Assembly: GCA_951406725.2 (NCBI GenBank)
Contig: OX597828.1
Location: forward strand, 42,842,001 to 42,906,000
Source: Octopus vulgaris
Lineage: Eukaryota
Reading direction: 5' to 3'
Length of the DNA: 64,000 bases
The notes below the pieces were generated by a model. The model was not told the origin of the DNA. It did no database searches and saw only the letters and a program-made list of their open reading frames with translations. Shown here piece by piece: positions 53,560-64,000 of the stretch. How positions within the stretch are numbered: position 1 is the stretch's first letter; each line of letters begins with the position of its first letter. The position numbers and the translations under genes are program-made.

Positions 53560-53772
53560 CCTTTACTCTTTTACTTGTTTTTGTCATTCGACTGCGGCCA
53601 TGCTGGAGCACCGCCTTTAGTCGAGCAAATCGACCCCAGGACTTATTCTTAGTAAGCCTAGTACTTATTCTATCGGTTTCTTTTGCCGAACCGCTAAGTT
53701 ACGGGGACGTAAACACACCAGCATCGGTTGTCAAGTGATGTTGGGTGTCCAAACACAGACACACAAACATAT

Positions 53773-53805
<33 letters not shown>

Positions 53806-53978
53806 CATATATACGACGAGCTTCTTTCAGTTTCCGTCTACCAAATCCACTCATAAAGCTTTGGTCGGCCCGAAGCTATAGTAGAAGACACTTGCGCAAG
53901 GTGCCACGCAGTGGGACTGAACCCTGAACCATGTGGTTCGTAAGCAAGCTACTTACCACACAGCTACTCCTGCGCCTA
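53560..53978 (-). mobile_element. SINE family A, full length
   Basis: Reverse complement of 58293-58686 pattern. Confidence 0.85.
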
Positions 53979-54001
53979 TGCAGAGAGAAAAAGAGAGAGA
54001 A

Positions 54002-54073
<72 letters not shown>

Positions 54074-54912
54074 GATAGCGTGATAACTGTAAAATATCAG
54101 CTAACTGTTCAAAAAGAACTATAACCTCTTATGCATACACGCTCAAAACAAAAACAAAACAAAAAAAAAAAAAAGAGAAGGAAAGAATATTAACGCAAAC
54201 GGCATTGGTGGTGCCTGAAGAATGCATATAAGAAACATAGTCGAAGTTTTAAAAACGTGAAACTAAAGAGCTCTTAGTATCGACGCACGAAAGAGAAAGC
54301 TACACTGCTAAGGTCTACTTAAAGTAGATTACGAATTCAAGATGTCTGCAAATAACATTTGACTCTGGTCTGTTTAAAAAAATTAATAATAGACAAGCAA
54401 CTGAACTGCAATGTCACAGGTTACTTTAATCTTAACTAATCCAAAGTAATGATAGCAATTCTCGTTTGTAAGATATAATATACGACGACGAGCATTTTGA
54501 TAGCAAAAGAAGGTAAGTCTAACAGCAGAGCAGTTACAACGGATGAAGATGCATTTCAGCAAAGTTTTTGTCTCCTCTTTCTGTACTACTTAAAAATGAC
54601 GTCATTTACCATCGTAAATAGCTTAAGGGGCACACCCATAGATGTGTATGCGTGCGTTCGTGTGTATGTGTGAGTGCGTGCTGTGTGTGTGTGTGTGTGT
54701 GTGTGTATTTTTAGTGTGTGTATGTGCATGGGTTTTTATCTGCGGATATTTATATGCGCATGAGTGTGTGTGTGTGCGTGTGTGTGCGTGTGTGTGCGTC
54801 AGTGTATTTATATTATGTATGGTATTAACAACTTCGTATGTGTCTGTATGTGAGTGTGTGTGTGCTTGTTTCTGTGCATGTGCGTGCGATTGGGTGTGCA
54901 TTCTTATATATG

Positions 54913-55160
54913 TGAAGGCACATGGCTCAGTGGTTAGAGCGTCGAGCTTACGATCGAATCCCGGACCGGGCTGCGTGTTGTGTTCTTGAGCAAGACACTT
55001 TATTTCATGTTGTTCCAGTTCACTCAGCTGTAGAAATGAGTTGCGATGTCACAGATGCCAAGCTGTGTCGGCCCCTTTGCCTTTCCCTTGGATAACACTG
55101 GTGGCGTGGAGAGGGGAGGCCGGTATGCATGGGCGACTGCTGGTCTTCCATAAACAACCT
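54913..55160 (+). mobile_element. tRNA-derived SINE (family C-related), truncated where the PLE fragment starts
   Basis: GGCACATGGCTCAGTGGTTAG head; CTTGAGCAAGACACTT; body similar to 14150-14380. Confidence 0.7.
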
Positions 55161-55687
55161 ATAAACAACCAAATTTCACAGTCTTCCCTTTCTACCAGTG
55201 CAAAGACGCAATCTCTCAACTAGAACGTTTAAATAAAGAAACTTTTTTCATTGAAAAATACAAAACACGTCTTAATATGTACGCATAACCAACTTTTATC
55301 TTTTTACATATTTCAGTTCACCATTACATCACTGTAAATAAATCCCCTACTAAACAAGGTTTTTGAAACTTGTCTATGTCTGTACACCTATATAATTCAC
55401 ACCCATTACTGACAGCTGAACAGTTATCTCCCCTACCCACAACAATAACAATAATAGCGACAAACAATTACCTCCCCTTATGTATCTACTTGTGAAGTCA
55501 TTCACTCGTGAATCTCATCGCACACAACACGGACAAAATTTCTTCTTAAGAAAAAATATATATTCAAATAAGTAAAACATAATATCATGAAGAGCGATAG
55601 CGAAACCGGTCGATATATTATAAATTATATTAAACCTATGTAAGTGTGCGTATTTTCCTTTTTTAATTTCTTATATATATATATATA
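55161..55687 (+). mobile_element. 5'-truncated PLE of a related but distinct family (endonuclease C-terminus, 3' UTR, HHR, TA tail)
   Basis: 55163-55288 translates KQPNFTVFPFYQCKDAISQLERLNKETFFIEKYKTRLNMYA*, which aligns with ORF2 end KTPNFRIFPLYQFRDDTTSRQRISKENLFITKYKPLLN; HHR and (TA)n follow. Confidence 0.85.
55582..55616 (+). ncRNA. Minimal type I hammerhead motif (C3A change) in 3' UTR of truncated PLE
   Basis: atatc|ATGAAGA|gc-gata-gc|GAAA|ccg|GTC|gatat; stem III palindrome accggt as in the full-length element. Confidence 0.75.
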
Positions 55688-56022
55688 CTCACTGTCCTGT
55701 TTGTGTTACTAATTTTGACCCTCCGCAAAATCCCAAATTTTATTTAATTTGTGTCGCGGGAGCAACCGTTTTAATCGAAAGCCCATATTGTTGATAAATG
55801 CTCGAAATACGAGATTAGAAAAACTGCCAACAACGGATGAAGGGTCCTACTTTATGTTGTTAGTCATGTTTTCCATTTATGTCTTTCAATATTCGGAAAA
55901 ATAATTCATGTTCCATGCACGCGTACTTCGTATTTTTTGTCGTACACGTTTCATGACGTCTTGTGCCCACATATGTATATAAACATACGTATAGATGTAT
56001 GTACCTATAGGTATGTATATAT

Positions 56023-56080
<58 letters not shown>

Positions 56081-56253
56081 TTATAAATAGCTATATATCA
56101 TTTTTTGACTGAACACCACGCATTCTCTTCCAAGTAAGTTTCATCTATGTATGTATGTATGTATGTATGTATGTATGTATGTATCTATCTATCTATCTAT
56201 CTATATATCTATCTATCTATTTATGTATGTATGTATGTATGTATGTATGTACG

Positions 56254-56331
<78 letters not shown>

Positions 56332-56353
56332 AGCTATCTATCTATCTAAGCTA

Positions 56354-56408
<55 letters not shown>

Positions 56409-56413
56409 CATAC

Positions 56414-56491
<78 letters not shown>

Positions 56492-56977
56492 TAAGAGAGG
56501 CGGGGAGGGTATGAGGAAAAGTCAAAGAGAAAGGAGAGCAGATCTTTCAAAACATTTTCTTCTGGCGATTGACATTATTACATAGTTGTAAATACAGACT
56601 TCCTCTAAACTACTACTACTACAAGTTGTTGTTCTTCTTCCCCTTCTTCTTTTTCTCCTTCCTCTCCTCCTCCTCCTCCTTCTTTTTTACCTCCTCCCCT
56701 CCTTCTTATTCTCCTCCTCCTCCTCCTCCTCCACCTCCATGTGCAACAGCAATGTAGTAATGTATTATTTCACCTTTCCGATTGAATAATCCATCTCAAC
56801 ACTATCAGAGATTATCTTTCAACGATTGTTGTCTTGGAACCAGAATCTGGAAACAGAAGAGTAGGAGGAAGTAGAAGAAGAGGAAAAGGAAACAAAGTAG
56901 AGTGGGGGGAGGGGGATATAGGGTGTGGGTGGCGGAGCATTGAGTGAATTTGGTCGGAGTAAGAATCAGAAAATACT

Positions 56978-57035
<58 letters not shown>

Positions 57036-57246
57036 TGTGTGTGTTGGCGGGGAAGGTTTCAGGCTTCTGTAATGATGATGGTGGTGGTGGAGAAGATATT
57101 CACAGAGGTGTTATCTGAGAATGTTACTGTCGTTGTTATTGCAGTCGTTAGTGGTGGTCGCGGTAAAGATGGTTATGGTAGTGAAGGTGGCGGTGGTGGT
57201 GGTGGTGGAGGAGAAGCATGGAGTCGAGAACGGAGATAGAGGGGGA

Positions 57247-57281
<35 letters not shown>

Positions 57282-57456
57282 TAGATAGATAGGGAGTGAG
57301 AAAGAGAGGCAGTGAAATGGTGGCGGGCATTTGAGGTTAGGGTGAGGCTCTTCAGCGCTTTCTGATAACCCCTTGACCTGAATTAGAGCACACATATCTG
57401 TGTACTTATATACACTTGCCTTGCCATGCTTATACATACATACATACATACATACA

Positions 57457-57522
<66 letters not shown>

Positions 57523-57569
57523 TACACACATATATATATATACACGTATATGTATATATGTGTGTATGC

Positions 57570-57622
<53 letters not shown>

Positions 57623-58292
57623 GACACACAGAGCAAAAGTGTGAGAATGAGCGAGAGAGAGAGAAAGAAAGAGAGAAGCACAACACTTGTCGATGAAGGT
57701 TAGATATACATATATACATCTGTACACATACACTCCCTTGTAGATCTAAATACAGTTACACACACCTTTTTTTTTACAATCATCATATCTTAGGATTTCC
57801 CACTGTATAAGATGTAATTTGAATCTTTTACTCACTGGCACTCGTACGTACATTATGCCTACATACATACGTACATACGTATGTACTTACATACATAAAT
57901 ATATACGTATATAGACTCGCGCATACAGACACACTCAAACACTCCTTCTTAGTCTCTTCTTATTCATACAAACAGGGAAATAGTGAAAAGAAGAACGAGA
58001 TTAAAAGGGTGTGTCAAAAAAGATCTTGTCATATACACAGCTATATACATTCGCTCGTTCACTCACAAACATGCACACATACATGAACACATTCACACAC
58101 ACACGTACACACACATACTGACACTCACACAGACAGACATGCATACACATACGCGGGTATGGACACATTCAGAACATAGTTACACATCTCTGCGCACTCA
58201 TGGTTGTGTATGCGCGTATGTATAAGGAAAATAGGGCTCAGTACAAGATATAAAGAATAATTGTATTCATTTGCTTGCGACTTACCTTATAT

Positions 58293-58686
58293 AGGCGCAG
58301 GAGTGGCTGTGTGGTAAGTAGCTCGTCTACCAGCCACATGGTTCCGGGTTCAGTCCCACTGCGTGACACATTGTCTTCTTCTATAGCCGCGGGCCGACCA
58401 AAGCCTTGTGAGTGGATTTGGTAGACGGAAACTGAAAGAAGCCCGTAGTATATATGTATATATATATATATATGCGTGTGTGTGTTTGTCCCCTAGCATT
58501 GCTTGACAACCGATGCTGGTGTGTTTATGTCCCCGTTACTTAGCGGTTCGGCAAAAGAGACCGATAGAATAAGTACTGGGCTTACAAAAGAACAAGTCCC
58601 GGGGTCGAGTTGCTCGACTAAAGGCGGTGCTCCAGCATGGCCACAGTCAAATGACTGAAACAAGTAAAAGAGAGTAAAGAGTAAGA
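58293..58686 (+). mobile_element. tRNA-derived SINE family A, full length, with internal microsatellite
   Basis: A/B-box-like head (GTGGCTGTGTGGTAAG, GGTTCAGTCCC); tail GGCGGTGCTCCAGCATGGCC..CAGTCAAATGACTGAAAC plus A-rich repeats; many copies in window. Confidence 0.85.
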
Positions 58687-59344
58687 GTATATCTTGAACT
58701 TCAAGAATTCTTCGACATCTTCCACAACTACTGCTGTTCTGTAATAAAAATAAAATAAAAATAAAAATAAAACGTGACAAACAAAAAACAAAAAAGAAAC
58801 AAAAAAAAAGAGGAAAAGAAACACTAAAAACGACCTAAAAACAGAAAAATATTAAGCACAAAAACTGTTAAGAGAGAAAATAAAACACTGTCTTATGGGC
58901 ATTCATATACAACATTATCTAACGTCTCACCATGCATTTACAACAAGGAGCAGTCGCAATCACCATGCAACAGAACTCATTAATACTTGTTAGAAAAAAG
59001 TTAGCAGTGAATACATGCCTATTCTAGAGAATTTCTTGCAAAAGTAGATGACTAATGATGGAAGCATTGTTCATATCACACACAGCACGATCCTGAACTA
59101 TACACACGGACAATATACATTGGTCATAAGCAGAAGTACGCAGCTGTTATGTATGAATCTCACAGAGACATTATTAATACCAAAAGACAGTCTTAATCTT
59201 CAACTTAATTTAGAAGTTGTGTTAGAACACAGAAATTATGAGTTATTTAAAACCTCAGTGGATCACTCAGAGATTCTGCCATAATAAACGACGCAGTATT
59301 CTGTGTTAGAAAGTATTACAATTCCTTCGATAATGTGTATAACA

Positions 59345-60057
59345 AGGCGGCGAGCTGGCAGAATCGTTAGCACGCCGGGCGAAATGCGTAGCCGTATTTC
59401 GTCTGCCGTTACGTTCTGAGTTCAAATTCCGTCGACATTGCCTTTCATCCTTTCGGGGTCCATAAATTAAGTACCAGTTACGCACTGGGGTCGATGTAAT
59501 TGACTTAATCTGTTTGTCTGTCCTTGTTTGTCCTCTCTGTGTTTAGCCCCTTGTGGGTAGTAAAGAAATAGGTATTTCGTCTGTCTTTACGCTCTGAGGT
59601 CGACTTTGCCTTTCATCCTTTCGGGGTCGGTAAATTAAGTACCAGTTGCGTACTGGGGTCGATCTAATTAAGGCGACGAGCTGGCAGAAACGTTAGCACG
59701 CCAAGCGAAATGCTTAGCGGTATTTCGTCTGTCTTTACGTTCTGAGTTCAAATTCCGCCGAAGTCGACTTTGCCTTTCATACTTTCAGGGTAGGCAAATT
59801 AAGTACCAGTTGCGTACTGGGGTCGATCTAATTAAGGCGGCGAGCTGGCAGAAACGTTAACACGCCGGGCGAAATGCTTAGTGGTATTTCGTCTGTCTTT
59901 ACGTTCTGAGTTTAAATTCCGCCGAAGTCGACTTTGCCTTTCATACTTTCAGGGTCGGTAAATTAAGAACCAGTTGCGTACTGGGGTCGATGTAATTGAC
60001 TGGCTCCATCCCCCTCCCCAAAAGTTTTGGGCCTTGTGCCTAGAATAGAAAAGAATA
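59345..60057 (+). mobile_element. tRNA-derived SINE family B, tandem/chimeric multimer
   Basis: Repeated GGCGGCGAGCTGGCAGAA..GAGTTCAAATTCCGCCG..GTCGACTTTGCCTTTCATCCTTTCGGGGTCGATAAATTAAGTACC modules (about 4). Confidence 0.85.
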
Positions 60058-60736
60058 TGTATAACAAACCATATGAAGCCTGTCTACAGTAAAGAACCAT
60101 TGATTCTGGAGATGTAACCGTGAAGAATCTAAAAATGTTGATGGTAGATTTAGAAAAATTGATAAACCGCAACCACAGCGAAATGCAGTACCTTTCCCAC
60201 TCGTTATCACTTCTAGGACGACTGTGTTCTACCTAACTCTCTCTGAAATATATTTTATCACTGTACGTCTTTGAAAGAAATTTCCTAGTCGAAACACCCG
60301 CAGCTTCTGGCATTTAAACAACATGTATCCGTTAAGCATGTGGTATTATCTTTTATCTTTTACTTATTTCAGTTATCAGATCGATATTGTTTCCTTTATT
60401 GATCTATATTTCTTGTAGTCACTGACCTACAGATGTTCAAGCCAGGCGTTGCTCATCCATCACATCAGTATCGGAACATTGACTTAAATATGAACAGGCC
60501 AGACTTCTAGGAGAGATTGCACTGCATATGTTTAGATTGGATATCTGCTACATCAATCACAGTCGTCTTGGTTTCATTGACTAACAGATGGTCAAGCGAG
60601 ACATCTGGTTCACTATTCACATCGCTCTAGAAGAAATTCTCGCACAGATCTTAAAGCTGGACTTCTTGTACTTTAATGAAATAAGTCTGGGAGTAAGACC
60701 TACAAAACAAGCACCACCGAATTACTAAAAAAAGCA

Positions 60737-61146
60737 ACAGGAGTTGGCTGTGTGGTAAGTAGCTTGCTAACCAACCACATAGTTCCGGGTTCAGTCCCAC
60801 TGCGTGGCATCTTGGGCAAGTGTCTTCTGCTATAGCCCCGGGCCGACCAATGCCTTGTGAGTGGATTTGGTAGACGGAAACTGAAAGAAGCTCATTGTAT
60901 ATATACATACATACATATATATTTATATATATATATGTATGTGTGTGTTTGTGTGTCTGTGTTTGTCCCCCTAGCATTGCTTGACAACCGATGCTGGTGT
61001 GTTTACGTCTTTGTAACTTAGCGGTTCGGCAAAAGAAACCGATAGAATAAGTACTGGGCTTACAAAGAATAAGTCCCGGGGTCGATTTGCTCGACTAAAG
61101 GCGGTGCTCCAGCATAGCCGCAGTCAAATGACTGAAACAAGTAGAA
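60737..61146 (+). mobile_element. SINE family A, full length
   Basis: Colinear with 58293-58686. Confidence 0.85.
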
Positions 61147-62019
61147 AAAACCCCCCCACCAAATGGCGATATTTGCTGTCATTGTTAGCCCTTTGTTAGG
61201 CTAGACTGAGCTGGTTTACAACCAAAGTCAGTCAAGCCATAACCTCCCTGTTTTTCATTTGTAAAGGGAACTTAAGATCATATAACTTAGCAGGACCTTA
61301 AACAAGGTGACTGTTGTGATTTTAATGCGTACAGCAGACTGAACAATTTAACGACACTGAAGAACCAGATGTGCTTGTTGTTGTTATTGTTGTTGAAATA
61401 TAGATTAAAACCTTGATCAGTCCCCATCCAGGAGACTTATGATTAAAAAAAGGTCCCATTCGTAAACATCCTGTATTTGGTTATCAATAACTAAATCAAC
61501 CAATCTATCTCGACTTTCCATTATTTATAAAAGAAGCCTGTGGTATGAGGGAGATACTTCTGTCATTTCTCTCAGATAAAATAACGACGTGGCGGTACCC
61601 TCCTTGTTTCATTGCTGCTTATAACCATACTTTATTTAATGGTAATGTTTAACGGAAGAAACTGGGCCCATGGCACATGTAGGCAGTGTTATTGCTGTTG
61701 TTGTTTCTGTAGTGGTGACAATTGTTTACTTTATCAACATAGTGTCCGGCTCTTAACGTCTTGAGTTCAAATTCCACCTGTCTTTCATCCTTTTGGGTTT
61801 GATAAAATAAAGAACCAGTCAAATACAGGAGTCAATGGTAATCATTAATCTACCATCACTCCTAAAAATTCTGGACTTGTACCCCAAATTGAAAGAATTA
61901 TTAATGTGCTTCATTACTAATATTGTTGTTATTGTTGTTGTTGAGTTGTTTTGTCTCTCTTGTTGTGGGTGTTTCTGTTGTTCCTGCTGTTGCACTTTGT
62001 GGTGTTACTGTCTATTCTA

Positions 62020-62400
62020 CGAGGGTGAGTCAAAAAGTAATGCCATTTTGTTTAGGACAGGTATAATTACCAACACAGGGACATGTATCCTACATCTAAA
62101 TGCTGCTAGTCCTCTGTGGATCACATCCCTACTTCTCAACATAGTCACCGTTTCTCTCAGTAGCAATGTTCCACCTTCGAATGAGAGCATGATCATTGCC
62201 CTGTAAAATTCTGTTCTTTGAGTCACTTCTTCACTACAGTTTTCGCTTCCTCGTCACTGGAATAATGTTTGCCTCTCAAACCCTCTTTCATGGAGCCGAA
62301 GAGATCATAGTCTGAAGGCGCTAAATCTAAATCGAATGAGGCGATTGTCTCCCTTGTCCTGATGCTTGTGTGTGGTTGAGCATTGTCAGGGTTGAGAAAA
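62020..62400 (-). mobile_element. Mariner transposon remnant (one TIR plus decayed transposase C-terminus)
   Basis: TA|CGAGGGTGAGTCAAAAAGTAATG terminus; minus strand reads DLAPSDYDLFGSMKEGLRGKHYSSDEE and RRWNIATERNGDYVEK in broken frames. Confidence 0.8.
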
Positions 62401-62733
62401 CGAGCACCATTTGAACACTGGACGGTCGACGTAATCGACTTGTTTCTTCCTCCAAAAATTCAGCCCTTGTGCTTTCATTAGAAAGTATTATTCACGGTGG
62501 TGAGCTGGCAGAGTCGTTAGCAAGCCAGACAAAATACTTAGCGTCATTTCGTCCGTCTTGACGTTCTGAGTTCAAATTCTGTCGAGGTTTGACTTTGCCT
62601 TTTATCCTCTCGATGAAAAAAGTACCAGTCGAGCACTCGGACGATTTAATCAACTAATCCCCTTCCCACGGCGTGCCTTAGTGGTTCAGGTATGCAGCTC
62701 AAGATTGTAAGATTGTGAGTTCGATTCTCGGCT

Positions 62734-63878
62734 ATATATGGTTATTCTTAAATACGTTTCAGCCCGAAGGCAGTGGCCATGCTGGAGCACCTCCAGTTAG
62801 ATATATGGTTATTCTTACATACGTTTCAGCCCGAAGGCAGTGGCCATGCTGGAGCACCTCCAGTTAGATATATGGTTATTCTTATATACGTTTCAGCCCG
62901 AAGGCAGTGGCCATGCTGGAGCATCTCCAGTTAGATATATGGTTATTCTTATATACGTTTCAGCCCGAAGGCAGTGGCCATGCTGGAGCACCTCCAGTTA
63001 GATATATGGTTATTCTTATATACGTTTCAGCCTGAAGGCAGTGGCCATGCTGGAGCACCTCCAGTTAGATATATGGTTATTCTTATATACGTTTCAGCCC
63101 GAAGGCAGTGGCCATGCTGGAGCACCTCCAGTTAGATATATGGTTATTCTTATATACGTTTCAGCCCGAAGGCAGTGGCCATGCTGGAACACCTCCAGTT
63201 AGATATATGGTTATTCTTATATACGTTTCAGCCCGAAGGCAGTGGTCATGCTGGAGCACCTCCAGTTAGATATATGGTTATTCTTATATACGTTTCAGCC
63301 CGAAGGCAGTGGCCATGCTGGAACACCTCCAGTTAGATATATGGTTATTCTTATATACGTTTCAGCCCGAAGGCAGTGGCCATGCTGGAGCACCTCCAGT
63401 TAGATATATGGTTATTCTTATATACGTTTCAGCCCGAAGGCAGTGGCCATGCTGGAGCACCTCCAGTTAGATATATGGTTATTCTTATATACGTTTCAGC
63501 CCCAAGGCTGTGGCCATGCTGGAGCACCTCCAGTTAGATATATGGTTATTCTTATATACCTTTCAGCCCCAAGGCTGTGGCCATGCTGGAGCACCTCCAG
63601 TTAGATATATGGTTATTCTTATATACGTTTCAGCCCCAAGGCTGTGGCCATGCTGGAGCACCTCCAGTTAGATATATGGTTATTCTTATATACGTTTCAG
63701 CCCCAAGGTTGTGGCCATGCCGGAGCACCTCCAGTTAGATATATGGTTATTCTTATATACGTTTCAGCCCGAAGGCTGTGGCCCTGCTGGAGCACCTACA
63801 GTTAGATATATGGTTATTCTTATATACGTTTCAGCCATACGGCCGTGGCCATGCTGGAGCACCTCCAGTTAGATATAT
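62734..63878 (-). repeat. 67-bp tandem array (~17 copies) derived from LINE/SINE 3' terminus
   Basis: Period 67 (AGCCC at 62761, 62828, 62895); minus unit contains GGTGCTCCAGCATGGCCAC-GCCTTCGGGCTGAAAC. Confidence 0.93.
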
Positions 63879-64000
63879 GCATATTGTTGTTACACCAACA
63901 ATACTGTTGTTGCTGTTGTTGCTGTTACAGCTGTTGTTGTTAACGTTGTTCTTGTTGCGACTGTTTTTGTTGTTGTTGTTGTCAACATCGACATTACGAT

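Noticed and set aside
54205-54245. CTGAAGA-atgcatataa-GAAACATAGTC
   Set aside because: Core spacing fits but stems I and II do not pair.
62734-63878. CRISPR array or tandem hammerhead retrozyme
   Set aside because: No unique spacers, eukaryotic context; GAAACGTA is present but there is no CUGANGA-type core, and the unit matches the LINE/SINE tail.

Overview
Eukaryotic, microsatellite-saturated, repeat-rich DNA; the tRNA-derived SINE families and (TA)n/(CATA)n density point to an octopus (cephalopod) genome, which is my inference. I can support no host gene exon; nearly all ORFs in the track are microsatellite artefacts. The centrepiece is a young, apparently intact Penelope-like element (PLE, 43946-48693) with identical 303-bp pseudo-LTRs. 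Each pseudo-LTR carries a minimal type I hammerhead ribozyme (HHR) with a compensated U3-A8 core. The element has a coiled-coil ORF1 that overlaps the RT/GIY-YIG frame at a U_UUU_UUA heptamer, a candidate -1 programmed frameshift. Around it, about a dozen further HHR motifs or half-motifs lie in short PLE-tail relics, many as inverted or palindromic pairs beside (TA)n tracts. Also present: two 5'-truncated CR1/L2-group LINEs, decayed PLE RT and endonuclease relics, an RLE-LINE relic, Tc1/mariner remnants, a non-autonomous Helitron, a Helentron/HINE, many SINEs, a 20-bp minisatellite, and a 67-bp tandem array built from the LINE/SINE 3'-terminal stem-loop. All comparisons were made by eye; edge coordinates of decayed repeats are approximate.
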